NCBI GenBank assembly: GCA_902570785.1
Contig: CACFZK010000003.1
Location: 14,623 to 78,622 of the forward strand
From: an uncultured Pelagibacteraceae bacterium
GTDB taxonomy: Bacteria; Pseudomonadota; Alphaproteobacteria; Pelagibacterales; Pelagibacteraceae
DNA: 64,000 nt
Direction of reading: 5' to 3'
Of this stretch, positions 45,779 through 55,467 are shown piece after piece (positions within the stretch are counted from its first letter, which is position 1; every line of letters begins with the position of its first letter). The notes under the pieces are model-generated. The model saw only the letters and a program-made list of their open reading frames with translations, was not told the origin of the DNA and made no database searches. The translations under genes and the position numbers were made by a program.

Positions 45779-46857
45779 TAAAATATTACCTATTTATACT
45801 TCTCTTTTTTTCTTTTAATAATTTAAGCGCAATGGATAAAAAACCATACCACCATATTTACAAAGATGGAAAATTACATGCTTTTAGAAACTTGGAGGGA
45901 GGTCCAAAAAGAGATCCTAATTTTAAGTGGGATTGGAAAGTTTTTAGAGAAGAAAAAAAGAAACTTAAAATTGATTATCCACCTGAACACGTAATTGATA
46001 AACAATTAGTTTTAAAAAATCTTGAGAAACATAAATCCGACTCGTATGTTATGTGGCTCGATCATGCGAGCTTTATAATTAAGCTCGGGGACACTACAAT
46101 TATTACTGATCCAGTTTTTGAAAAAAACTATGGACCTATGATATTTGGTCCCAAAAAATTTATAGATTCTCCATTAACTCTTAAAGAAATTCCTAAAATA
46201 AATTTATTTTTACTAACTCATAATCATTATGATCATATGAGTATACGTACTATAAAAAATTTTCCTTATAAGAATGCCAAAGTCCTTGTTCCTCTAAAAC
46301 TTGGAAAGTATTTCACCAGAAATGGATATAAAAAAGATACTGTTAAAGAAATGGATTGGTTTGATAAAATTAAAATTAATGATGAAATTACAATTACAAT
46401 GCTCCCAAGCCAACATTGGTCGAAGAGGTGGATTTGGGGAGATGGAAATAATAATAGAACTCTTTGGGGGAGTTTTTTAATCGAATACAAAGGTAAAAAA
46501 ATCTTTTTTGCATGTGATACTGGACCAGCACCTTTTTACAAAGATTTAGGTAAAAAATACGGTCCAATTGATTTGGGGTTTGGAAATTTGGGCGCCTACA
46601 ATTTCTACCCAATTGTTCCTGTCAAAGATAAATCTACAGCTCATGCAAATCCTGAAGAGCTTTTGTCATTAATGAAAGATTTAAAGGTAAAAAAAGTTAT
46701 TGGAATGCATTGGGGTACGGCAATCTTGAGTTTAGAACCAATCTGGGAACCTCCAGTAAGATTCAAAGCTAATGCTGAAAAATTTGGATATAAAAAAGAG
46801 GATGCCGTTATATTTAAAATTGGTGAAATTAAAAAACTAGACGATCTTATTAACTAG
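45775..46857 (+). CDS. Exported metallo-beta-lactamase-fold hydrolase (NAPE-PLD-like)
   Basis: 360 aa with a signal peptide and the HxHxDH motif (THNHYDH) plus a downstream His/Asp. Confidence 0.75.
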   Translation: MIKYYLFILLFFSFNNLSAMDKKPYHHIYKDGKLHAFRNLEGGPKRDPNFKWDWKVFREEKKKLKIDYPPEHVIDKQLVLKNLEKHKSDSYVMWLDHASFIIKLGDTTIITDPVFEKNYGPMIFGPKKFIDSPLTLKEIPKINLFLLTHNHYDHMSIRTIKNFPYKNAKVLVPLKLGKYFTRNGYKKDTVKEMDWFDKIKINDEITITMLPSQHWSKRWIWGDGNNNRTLWGSFLIEYKGKKIFFACDTGPAPFYKDLGKKYGPIDLGFGNLGAYNFYPIVPVKDKSTAHANPEELLSLMKDLKVKKVIGMHWGTAILSLEPIWEPPVRFKANAEKFGYKKEDAVIFKIGEIKKLDDLIN

Positions 46858-47938
46858 CTTTTTTTAGTTGTTGTCTGATTCTTTCTAAATATAAAATAAG
46901 ACTGTCTGTTAAATCATCTCCAAATTTAAATATAGCAGATCTATTGTACTCTCTTGTTTCATTTTTAATTTTGTCTTCAACTATGATTTCTTTTTTAGAG
47001 TCTTGGTCTTTGACATAAATCAAAATTAAAAAATTTTCGTTTTGTTCTTGATCTTCTCTTATAATAATTTCTGATTGCTCATAAACTAAATTTATGACTC
47101 TTATTAGGTCAGCATTTTTTGGTAAATATCTTTTATTAATTTGATAAACAAGTGAATTACAACTTCTTGAGAAACTCTCTAAACTAGTTTCTATTAACTC
47201 TCTTTTTTCAATATATTCTTTTTCCTTTTGTCTAATTTCTGCAACTGAAGCTTGGTCTGATAAAGTAACGCCTAGTTCTTCTACTCTTTTTCTTAAGCGG
47301 TCATTTCTTAGAGCCTTGTATTTTTCTCTAACCTGGTCAATTCTTTGTTGAAAATCTTTATAGTCTTCTTTTTCTATATTTAATGTATATTTTTCAATAG
47401 CTTTAATTTCTTCTAATTCCCGTTTCCTAAAACTTTCAAGGGTTTTTTCAAGTTTTACTTCCTCTAAAAACTTTCTTTGTTTTTCTTTCTCTTTTTCTCT
47501 AATTGCTTTTTGTTCTTCTTTTAAAAAATTTCTTAATTCTATAGCCCTAACTTTTGCTAATGCTTTTTCTTCTTTAATTTCTTTTTGTAAAAGACTTTTT
47601 CTTAAATTAAACTGAGCTTTTTTCTTATTTTCATTATCTCTTTTCTGTTTTTCTTCTATTTGATACTTTCTCTTTTTATAAATTTGTACCCTTTTTAAAA
47701 ACGGTGATGAAATTTTTTTAAAGAGTGATCCAAAATTAAATTTAAATTCCGGTTTTATGGATTTAAATATTGCTTTAGGTAATAATTTTTTTGAAGAGAT
47801 CTTCTTAAAATAGGACTTTTTTTTAGATTTTCGCTTTATCCTTGTAATTTTTCTTTTTTTATAAGTTTTCTTAATAATTATTTTTTTTGATTTCTTGTTC
47901 TTTTTTTTTGATTTTTTAAATTTTTTCTTTTTTCTCAT
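46850..47938 (-). CDS. Polybasic coiled-coil protein, unknown function
   Basis: 362 aa. The first ~60 residues are dominated by Lys/Arg (MRKKKKFKKSKKKNKKSKK...). Then comes about 170 aa of E/K-rich heptad-like sequence and a ~110-aa non-repetitive C-terminal domain. Confidence 0.55.
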   Translation of the reverse strand: MRKKKKFKKSKKKNKKSKKIIIKKTYKKRKITRIKRKSKKKSYFKKISSKKLLPKAIFKSIKPEFKFNFGSLFKKISSPFLKRVQIYKKRKYQIEEKQKRDNENKKKAQFNLRKSLLQKEIKEEKALAKVRAIELRNFLKEEQKAIREKEKEKQRKFLEEVKLEKTLESFRKRELEEIKAIEKYTLNIEKEDYKDFQQRIDQVREKYKALRNDRLRKRVEELGVTLSDQASVAEIRQKEKEYIEKRELIETSLESFSRSCNSLVYQINKRYLPKNADLIRVINLVYEQSEIIIREDQEQNENFLILIYVKDQDSKKEIIVEDKIKNETREYNRSAIFKFGDDLTDSLILYLERIRQQLKKAS

Positions 47939-47964
47939 CTGCTATTTTTAGTAATAGCATTTTC

Positions 47965-49161
47965 TTAAGAGTATATATAGCCTCTTGTTCTTGGAGCAAT
48001 GTTTATATCTTTATCAAGTAGAATCTGAAAATTACATTGATCAGTCCATCTAAATGCAAATTCACATGAACTCAAATAAAATAGCCAAAGTCTGTAGAAT
48101 TTTTCATTATAATTTTTTAATACTATATCCTTATTTTTAATAAATCTTTTTTTCCATTCTTCTAAGGTAGATGCATAGTGTATACCTGGTAAGACCTCCA
48201 AATCTCCTAATACTAGTTTCGAATTTTCAATTGCAGGCATTAATTCGCTAAAAGATGGTGTGTATCCTGAGGGAAATATAAAAGTTGTTATCCAGGCTTG
48301 TGGATCTCTAGGTCCATCCACGCTTCCTATTGTATGCACCAATGCTTTTCCTTGAGGTTCAAGGATATCGTATATTTTTTTAAAATATGTTTTGTAAAAT
48401 TTTCTTGTAACGTGCTCAAGCATTCCTTTTGATATAATTTTGGTGTACTTATTTTTTGTATCCCTATAATCCTCAATACGAAATTGACAAAGATTGTCCA
48501 ATTTTTTTTCTCGACAAATCCTTTTAGAAAATTCTAGTTGAACTTTTGATAAAGTTATTCCATCAACTCTTGCTCTTGTTTTTTCAGCAATGGCACAAGC
48601 TAAACCACCAAATCCTGATCCGATATCTAAAACTGTATCTTTGTCAGTAATATTTAATTTTTTAATCATATGGTTGATCATAGACTCTTGGCTGTCTTCA
48701 AGAGACATATCTTTTTGTGGCCAATAACCACAGCTATATTGAAAATGTTTATTGTCTATAAACATCTTATAAAAGTCAGCAGACCCAATATCATAATGTG
48801 CTGCAACAGCTGCTCTACTACTTTTTCTGGTATTAAAGTTTGTTAAATATCTCCAAGTACCTCTAATTTTATTTATGGTTTTAGAAAATTTACTAATATC
48901 TTTTCTTCCTATATTTTTTAAAGCTATATCTAATATATCTGAAATAGTTCCATTTTCGATTACAATATCTCCATCAGTATAACCTTTGCCAAAATAAAAA
49001 TCTGGAAACAAAAGCATTTTATATTCGATTGATTTATTTTTTAATTTAAATTTAACAGGATTTTTTTTTATTGGTTTTCCAATAGTATAGCTTTTCTTAT
49101 CTGAAGTTTCTAAAATAAAACCATCTTTTTTAATTATAGTGTTTAAAAAATTTTTTAACAT
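47965..49161 (-). CDS. cfa: Cyclopropane-fatty-acyl-phospholipid synthase family SAM methyltransferase
   Basis: 398 aa with the SAM motif VLDIGSGFGG and a CFA synthase-like C-terminus. Confidence 0.85.
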   Translation of the reverse strand: MLKNFLNTIIKKDGFILETSDKKSYTIGKPIKKNPVKFKLKNKSIEYKMLLFPDFYFGKGYTDGDIVIENGTISDILDIALKNIGRKDISKFSKTINKIRGTWRYLTNFNTRKSSRAAVAAHYDIGSADFYKMFIDNKHFQYSCGYWPQKDMSLEDSQESMINHMIKKLNITDKDTVLDIGSGFGGLACAIAEKTRARVDGITLSKVQLEFSKRICREKKLDNLCQFRIEDYRDTKNKYTKIISKGMLEHVTRKFYKTYFKKIYDILEPQGKALVHTIGSVDGPRDPQAWITTFIFPSGYTPSFSELMPAIENSKLVLGDLEVLPGIHYASTLEEWKKRFIKNKDIVLKNYNEKFYRLWLFYLSSCEFAFRWTDQCNFQILLDKDINIAPRTRGYIYS

Positions 49162-50051
49162 TATGCAGCAATATTTTTATTTGTTAATGCACCAAGTTCT
49201 TTCAATTTTTTAATTAGCTTATCTTTTTTGTCATCGCTTAATAATACCTGAGGCGGTAATAAATTTGAAAAAATTTTATTTTCTAGGCTCTTAATAGTAT
49301 GAAGCGCTGAAATTAAATTTCCTGTTTCATCAAAAGCTGATCTTAATGCCTTGAGTTTTGGATCACTCGACGAGTCCCCACTTTTATTAAAATCATCGAA
49401 AACTTTTTTTGCAATTTTTCCTGTAAAATTTGTAGTTGCTGATATACACCCAGCTGCTCCAACTTTTAATCCGTCTAATAATTTTTTCTCACTACCAACA
49501 AACATCGAAAAATTCTCCATTTTAAAATTTTCCCAAAGATTTCCAGTACTATCTTTCATGCCAATTATATTTTTGGGGAAAGACTCTTTAAGTTTTTTTG
49601 TTATATCTGGAGTAAAGGTGTAGCCACTTAATGTAGAAAAATTATAAAGAATAATTTTAGAGTCCGGAACTTCTCTTATAATGTTTTTATAAAAATTAAA
49701 TACACCACTGTCACTATTTTTATAATAAGCAACATTCATAATTAAAAAATTATTAAAACCCAACCCTATTGAGTGTTTCATAATATCAGTTGTATCTTTT
49801 AAACTATTGGTCGATGTTCCAATTAAGATTTTTTCTGAAAAACTTTCTTTTGAAAGTGCACTTATAAAATTTTTCTTTTCATCAACTGAAATTAATTGCC
49901 CGCATCCTGTGCTACCAAAGAAAGCTGACCCTACACCCTGATTATCAAGATTAAGCTTTGCATGATTTATAGTTTCTTTAATATCGAGGCTCAAATCTGC
50001 TTTTAAAACAGACATTGATGCAGCAAATACACCTTTAAAAATTTCTGACAT
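49161..50051 (-). CDS. DapA/NAL-family class I aldolase (dihydrodipicolinate synthase-like)
   Basis: 296 aa with a GSTG block (FFGSTGCGQ) and a Schiff-base Lys context (IIGMKDSTG). Its stop overlaps the cfa start. Confidence 0.7.
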   Translation of the reverse strand: MSEIFKGVFAASMSVLKADLSLDIKETINHAKLNLDNQGVGSAFFGSTGCGQLISVDEKKNFISALSKESFSEKILIGTSTNSLKDTTDIMKHSIGLGFNNFLIMNVAYYKNSDSGVFNFYKNIIREVPDSKIILYNFSTLSGYTFTPDITKKLKESFPKNIIGMKDSTGNLWENFKMENFSMFVGSEKKLLDGLKVGAAGCISATTNFTGKIAKKVFDDFNKSGDSSSDPKLKALRSAFDETGNLISALHTIKSLENKIFSNLLPPQVLLSDDKKDKLIKKLKELGALTNKNIAA

Positions 50052-50097
50052 GTTTTAACCTAAATTTATATATAAACGTACTATAAATTAAAAAAGA

Positions 50098-51018
50098 ATG
50101 AAAATTCTTATTATTCAACAAAGATACGGTATCGGGGATATGGTAATTTTTTTACCTTATATTCATGCGATTTCAAAAAAATTTAATACCAAGATAAGTT
50201 TATTGGCTAAAGAAACGTCTAAGGCTAAACAAATAATGGGAGAGGACAGCCATATTGATGAGATTATTACTTTAGATAGCGAGAAAGATGGATTGAGCGG
50301 TATTTTTAAACTTTCCAATGAATTAAAAAAAGGAAGCTTTGATAAAGTATTTATTTTCAACAGTTCATTAAGATATTATTTAGTTGCAAAACTCTCAGGG
50401 ATAAAATCAATTTATCAATACCCTTTATTTAGGTCTAAAGATAATATTGTATATAGTGCAAAAATTTTTACTGAAAATATTACTGGAAACATTGTTTCAA
50501 CAGAGCCAAACTTAAAAATTAAAAGTACGATTGATAATTTTAATAAGGATTTTAAACATATCTGTCTTGGTATATCGGCATCTGGCCCAACAAAGAGGTG
50601 GAATATAAATAATTACATTAAACTTTGTGAGGAATTATCAAAAATTAAAAAATGTAAATTTTACGTTGCTGGTGGAAAAAATGATATCAAGTTAATTAAT
50701 GAGTTTAAAAAATCAGAGATTGGTAAAAATTGCCAGTCATTTGAAGAGTTGAGTATAAAAGAAACTTTACCAATTATTAAGAATTGTGATTGTTATATAG
50801 GAAGTGATACAGGCTTCGCTCATTTATCTGTTGCCCTAGGAGTAAAAGCTTTGACTTTATTTATGGACTCGCCAGTTATGGCTTATGGGAAATATTCTGA
50901 AAGAATGTCAGTAATAGAGCCAGAAGGCGAAAAAAATACTACTTCACATGATACCTTGGGATCTGAACGAATATCATTTGAAAAAACTCTCCTCAAAGCA
51001 AAAGAAATCTTGGTTTAA
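50098..51018 (+). CDS. Glycosyltransferase family 9 (LPS heptosyltransferase-like)
   Basis: 306 aa with an N-terminal GIGDMV block and the C-terminal GSDTGFAHL motif typical of GT9. Confidence 0.75.
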   Translation: MKILIIQQRYGIGDMVIFLPYIHAISKKFNTKISLLAKETSKAKQIMGEDSHIDEIITLDSEKDGLSGIFKLSNELKKGSFDKVFIFNSSLRYYLVAKLSGIKSIYQYPLFRSKDNIVYSAKIFTENITGNIVSTEPNLKIKSTIDNFNKDFKHICLGISASGPTKRWNINNYIKLCEELSKIKKCKFYVAGGKNDIKLINEFKKSEIGKNCQSFEELSIKETLPIIKNCDCYIGSDTGFAHLSVALGVKALTLFMDSPVMAYGKYSERMSVIEPEGEKNTTSHDTLGSERISFEKTLLKAKEILV

Positions 51019-51527
51019 CTAAAATCATTTTTTAAAATAGTTTCTTTTGCCTCCGAAACCATCTGTGCCAATTTAGTTGTATCAGTATCGTTACGATCAG
51101 GATGAAGTTTAGACATTATTTTTTTGTATTTAGATAGTACTTCATCTTTTGAACATCCTTTTTTGCACCCAAGTATATTGTATGCATCGTCCAAAGAAAT
51201 GCTTGAAGAAGCTTTTGAGTAATTAGCACCAGATGAAAAAGAATACCTTCCTGTTTGTCGAAGATAATTTATTAATCTCCACAATTGAAATAATTGAAAA
51301 AGTCCCCCTATACCCTTCAATTTAATTAGAGGAACCAAAAGTAACAAAATGGGAATACTAAATGCATACCTTCCAACAAAAAATAGGGCGATAGCAAAAA
51401 TAATTCCTATTGTAAAAATAACAAATCGAATACCTTTTGCGATTTTTTTGCTACTTGCTTTAGCGAAAAAATTCAATAAAAGGTATAAAGAAACTAAAGC
51501 TATTCCAATGAGTAAAAAATAATTCAT
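51015..51527 (-). CDS. Membrane-anchored J-domain protein (DjlA/TimB-Pam18-like)
   Basis: 170 aa with three N-terminal TM helices and a C-terminal J domain carrying HPD (KLHPDRN). Confidence 0.7.
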   Translation of the reverse strand: MNYFLLIGIALVSLYLLLNFFAKASSKKIAKGIRFVIFTIGIIFAIALFFVGRYAFSIPILLLLVPLIKLKGIGGLFQLFQLWRLINYLRQTGRYSFSSGANYSKASSSISLDDAYNILGCKKGCSKDEVLSKYKKIMSKLHPDRNDTDTTKLAQMVSEAKETILKNDFS

Positions 51528-51537
51528 AATTTTATAT

Positions 51538-53607
51538 ATGAAAATACCACAATTAAGGAAGCAAACTGAAAAGAAAAATTGTCATGGATACTCATGGGAA
51601 GATGATTATTCCTGGATACATCAAGATAATTGCCTTGAAATCTTAAGAGATACAAAAAAATTAAACCCTGAAGTTAGAAAATATCTTGAAGAAGAGAATT
51701 CATACACAAAAGAAATTATGAGGGATACTGAAAATCTACAAAAAAAAGTTTTTAAGGAAATAGAAGGAAGAATAAAATTAGATGACGAAAGTCTTCCCTT
51801 TAAAGATAAAAAATATGAATACTGGACAAAGACCACAAAAGAAGGGAACTACTCAAAAAAATTAAGAAAAAAAATTGGTAGCGATAAAGTTGAATGTTAT
51901 TTTGATGGAGATCTGGAGGCGAAAGGAAAAAAATTTTTTAGTACTGGAGATTTAGCAGTCTCAAATAACGATGAATTTTTAGCTTTTTCAGTGGACGATA
52001 AAGGCGGAGAGTATTTTACAATATTTGTTAGAAGAATAGCGGACAATAAAATAATTGAGAAGATTGAAGACACGGCTGGCGGAGTTGTATGGTCATATGA
52101 TGATAAATCCTTTTTTTATAGAAAACATGATAGTCAAAAAAGACCAAGACAAATTTTACAACATAAACTTGGCTCGCCAAGTACAGAGGATATTTTAATT
52201 TTTGAGGAAAAAGATGAGCGCTTTACGTGTTCCATAGATACAACTTCTTGTGAAAAATATTACACTATTGAAACAAGTGAGCATACAACGAGTGAGACAT
52301 ACTATTTTCATAAAGACGAAAAAAAGTTTGAACCAAAATTAGTTTTAAAAAGAGAAGATGGAATTCTTTACAGTTTAGATAGTTTTGATGACTTCTGGTA
52401 TATACATACAAATAAAGATGCTGAAGATTTTAAAATTTTAAGATCCCCTAACGACAAAATGAATGATTGGAAAGATTTTGTACCAGCTAAAAGTGGAACC
52501 TTAATAGGTGGGTTAACTTTTTTAAAAAAGTGGATAATTAGGTCAGAAATCTCAAACGCCTTATCAAAAGTTTTAGTAAGAAACATAGAGACTGGTACAG
52601 AAGAAGAATTAATTTTTACTGACGAAAAAGTAATTTCTCCAGGAATTTCGCTTATGCAAAAAGATAAAAATACCGATGTGATAAGGATTGGTTATGAATC
52701 TCCTAAAACTCCCTCTCGAACTTACGAATATAATATTAGAACAAAAGAAAAAAAAATCGTTAAAGAACAAATAGTTCCCTCTGGACATAATAGAGATGAT
52801 TATATTGTGGAACGTCTTGAGTGTGATAGTCATGATGGCCAGAAAATTCCAATGACCATTACTTATCACAAAAAAACAAAAATAGATGGTAGTGCACATG
52901 TTTTGTTATATGGGTATGGGAGTTATGGAAGTTCTATGTGGCCTGCTTTCTCAACATCAAAATTTTCTCTAATAGATAGAAATATAATTTGGGTAACTTG
53001 CCATATTCGCGGTGGTATGGAACGTGGAATGAAATGGTGGCGTGATGGAAAAATGATGAATAAAAAAAATACTTTTAAAGATTTTATAAGTTGCGCCAAT
53101 TTCCTAATAGAAAAAAAATATACAAGCAAAAAAAAAATAATTGCATTTGGTGGGAGTGCTGGAGGTCTTCTTGTGGGAAATGTAGTCAATCAAATTCCAC
53201 ATTTACTTCTTGGCGCCATAATGGCTGTTCCGTTCGTTGATAATCTTACAACAAACATGGATCACTCTTTGCCTTTAACAGTTGGAGAGCTCAGAGAATT
53301 CGGTGATGCAAAAAATAATAAAGATCATTTCGAATACATACGTTCATATGCTCCGTATGACAATATTGAAAAAAAAGACTATCCCAATATTTTAATTACT
53401 ACTTCATTATCTGACTCGAGAGTTCTCTTTGACGAACCTACAAAGTTCTGCGCTAAGCTTCGTACTAAAACAACTGGAAATAATTTATTATTGCTTAAAA
53501 CTGAAATGGAGGCTGGCCACGGCAGCAGAACGGGTAGAAAAAATATTATTGAAGATATAGCTTTTGATTATGCATTTGCACTTAAAATATCAGGAAAAGT
53601 CAGCTAG
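51538..53607 (+). CDS. ptrB: Oligopeptidase B / prolyl oligopeptidase family S9A serine protease
   Basis: 689 aa with a beta-propeller N-terminal half and the catalytic GGSAGG, a later D, and GHG. Confidence 0.85.
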   Translation: MKIPQLRKQTEKKNCHGYSWEDDYSWIHQDNCLEILRDTKKLNPEVRKYLEEENSYTKEIMRDTENLQKKVFKEIEGRIKLDDESLPFKDKKYEYWTKTTKEGNYSKKLRKKIGSDKVECYFDGDLEAKGKKFFSTGDLAVSNNDEFLAFSVDDKGGEYFTIFVRRIADNKIIEKIEDTAGGVVWSYDDKSFFYRKHDSQKRPRQILQHKLGSPSTEDILIFEEKDERFTCSIDTTSCEKYYTIETSEHTTSETYYFHKDEKKFEPKLVLKREDGILYSLDSFDDFWYIHTNKDAEDFKILRSPNDKMNDWKDFVPAKSGTLIGGLTFLKKWIIRSEISNALSKVLVRNIETGTEEELIFTDEKVISPGISLMQKDKNTDVIRIGYESPKTPSRTYEYNIRTKEKKIVKEQIVPSGHNRDDYIVERLECDSHDGQKIPMTITYHKKTKIDGSAHVLLYGYGSYGSSMWPAFSTSKFSLIDRNIIWVTCHIRGGMERGMKWWRDGKMMNKKNTFKDFISCANFLIEKKYTSKKKIIAFGGSAGGLLVGNVVNQIPHLLLGAIMAVPFVDNLTTNMDHSLPLTVGELREFGDAKNNKDHFEYIRSYAPYDNIEKKDYPNILITTSLSDSRVLFDEPTKFCAKLRTKTTGNNLLLLKTEMEAGHGSRTGRKNIIEDIAFDYAFALKISGKVS

Positions 53608-53900
53608 AAACAATTTTTGCTATTAAAAGCAACTACTATATTTTTTTGATCTACTTCAAACCTTCTCTCACATTTAATTTTAAACTTTGATTCATAATAA
53701 ATTAAAATTTTATTTTTATTACCCAATAGCTCAATAGAGTCAGGTTTTCCAAACTCTATTTTTAATTCCGACTCAGTTTTTTTTAAAAATTTACTGAGTT
53801 TTTTTGTTTCGTTTTCAGAAGCTTTATCGACCTTATCTGTAACTGTTTTACAACCTGAGATTAGAAAAAATATAAAAATTATACTAAAAAAAAATTTCAT
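53604..53900 (-). CDS. Small lipoprotein, unknown function
   Basis: 98 aa with the lipobox LISGC. Confidence 0.55.
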   Translation of the reverse strand: MKFFFSIIFIFFLISGCKTVTDKVDKASENETKKLSKFLKKTESELKIEFGKPDSIELLGNKNKILIYYESKFKIKCERRFEVDQKNIVVAFNSKNCF

Positions 53901-54058
53901 TTCTGGTTTTCAGTTTTTGCATTGCTTTACGATCAATTTTTCAAATATAACAAAATAAGTTATAAACAACATACAACTTTAAATTTAAATTAAACTCATT
54001 TTGAACTTTTTAAATCTCTTAAAAGCTATATAAATTAGCAAAAAACAGGAGAAAATTT

Positions 54059-55417
54059 ATGATGGACAAATATTTTGAGTATAGAAAACATAAGACTAAT
54101 TTTAAAACAGAAGTAATCGCCGGCGTAACCACTTTTTTAACAATGGCTTATATAATGTTTTTAAATCCTTTTATTCTTTCTGGTGAATTTGCAGGAACTG
54201 AAAAGGGTTTTTTTGATTTCGGAGGAGTGTTCACTGCAACAATAGTCGCTACAGCGATTGCATGTTTCATAATGGCATTCTACGGTAAAACTTGGCCAGT
54301 AGGATTGGCACCAGGCATGGGTATCAATGCTTTTATTGCATTTGGAGTTGTTGGTGGAATGAAATATACTCCAGCAGAAGCGCTTGCAACAGTTTTGGTT
54401 GCAGGTATTTTTTTCTTAGCAATTTCATTAACACCGATTAGAGCATGGATTATTAACTCTATCCCAAAAAGTTTAAAACTTGGTATAGGAGCTGGTATAG
54501 GTCTCTTTCTTGCTATTATTGGTTTAGAAATAATGGGCGTTGTCGGAGATCATCCTGTAACTTTAGTTACTCTTGGCGATATCAAAAATCCAATTGTTTT
54601 ATTGGGTTGTCTTGCTTTTGTTGCAATGATTGTTTTAGAAAAAATGAAAGTAAGAGGAAATATCATTATAGGTATTTTGTTTTTTAGTTTATTAGCTTGG
54701 TTGCCTATGTGGGAGTGGACTGGTTCCACAATAAAAGATGGTGCATCTCTTGCTAAGTTTAACGGGATCCTTTCTGCACCCCCATCCATGAGTTATCTTT
54801 TTGATGCGTTTGAAGGTATTAGCACTGGAAAAGTTTTTGCAGCAAGTGGAATTACCGTAATTTTTACTCTTTTCTTTATAGACTTTTTTGATACAGCAGG
54901 AACATTAACTTCTGTGGCAAATGTATCTGGAAAAGTAGATAGCAAAGGAAAAGTAAAAGACATTGAAAAAGCTATGTTGGCTGACAGTGTTGGAACAGTT
55001 GCGGGAAGTCTTGTAGGAACTTCAACAGTTACAAGTTACGTAGAGTCTGGAGCTGGGGTTAAAGCTGGTGGCAGAACAGGAATGACATCGTTGGTAATTG
55101 GTGTTTTATTTCTTTTGTGCTTAGGATTTGCACCTCTTGCAACAAGCTTACCAAAAGAAATAGATGGTGCTGCACTTGTTTATGTTGCTGTTCTTTTTGT
55201 AAGAAATATTACAGATATTGAATGGAATGACATCGCAGAATCGGCTCCTGCAGTCCTTGCAATGATTACTATGCCTTTAACATATAGTATCAGCAATGGT
55301 ATAGCTTTGGCATTTATAGCTTATGCTCTTATAAAATTATTTAGTGGTAATGCTGCTAAAACGCATCCAGCAATTTGGTTGGTTGCTGTTCTAAGTGTAA
55401 TAAGTTTCTCAGTTTAA
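54059..55417 (+). CDS. NCS2/AzgA-family purine (adenine/guanine/hypoxanthine) permease
   Basis: 452 aa with the N-terminal FKTEVIAGVTTFLTMAYI block and about 12 TM helices. Good SD (AGGAG). Confidence 0.85.
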   Translation: MMDKYFEYRKHKTNFKTEVIAGVTTFLTMAYIMFLNPFILSGEFAGTEKGFFDFGGVFTATIVATAIACFIMAFYGKTWPVGLAPGMGINAFIAFGVVGGMKYTPAEALATVLVAGIFFLAISLTPIRAWIINSIPKSLKLGIGAGIGLFLAIIGLEIMGVVGDHPVTLVTLGDIKNPIVLLGCLAFVAMIVLEKMKVRGNIIIGILFFSLLAWLPMWEWTGSTIKDGASLAKFNGILSAPPSMSYLFDAFEGISTGKVFAASGITVIFTLFFIDFFDTAGTLTSVANVSGKVDSKGKVKDIEKAMLADSVGTVAGSLVGTSTVTSYVESGAGVKAGGRTGMTSLVIGVLFLLCLGFAPLATSLPKEIDGAALVYVAVLFVRNITDIEWNDIAESAPAVLAMITMPLTYSISNGIALAFIAYALIKLFSGNAAKTHPAIWLVAVLSVISFSV

Positions 55418-55430
55418 ATTTTTCAAAACT

Positions 55431-55467
55431 AAAAGGGGCTAAAATAATATTTTAGCCCCTTTTTTTT
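55431..55467. terminator. Bidirectional intrinsic terminator
   Basis: GGGGCTAAAAT (55435-55445) pairs with ATTTTAGCCCC (55449-55459). It is flanked by an A4 tract and a T8 tract, and overlaps the last codons of the convergent PRTase gene. Confidence 0.75.

Noticed and set aside
53901-54058. Possible purine riboswitch in the 158-nt leader of the purine permease gene.
   Set aside because: The region is almost pure A/T. It has no UAUAAU...GGG...CCGUAAAU...CUAC-type aptamer core and no three-way-junction helices. It looks like a plain promoter/leader with a good SD.
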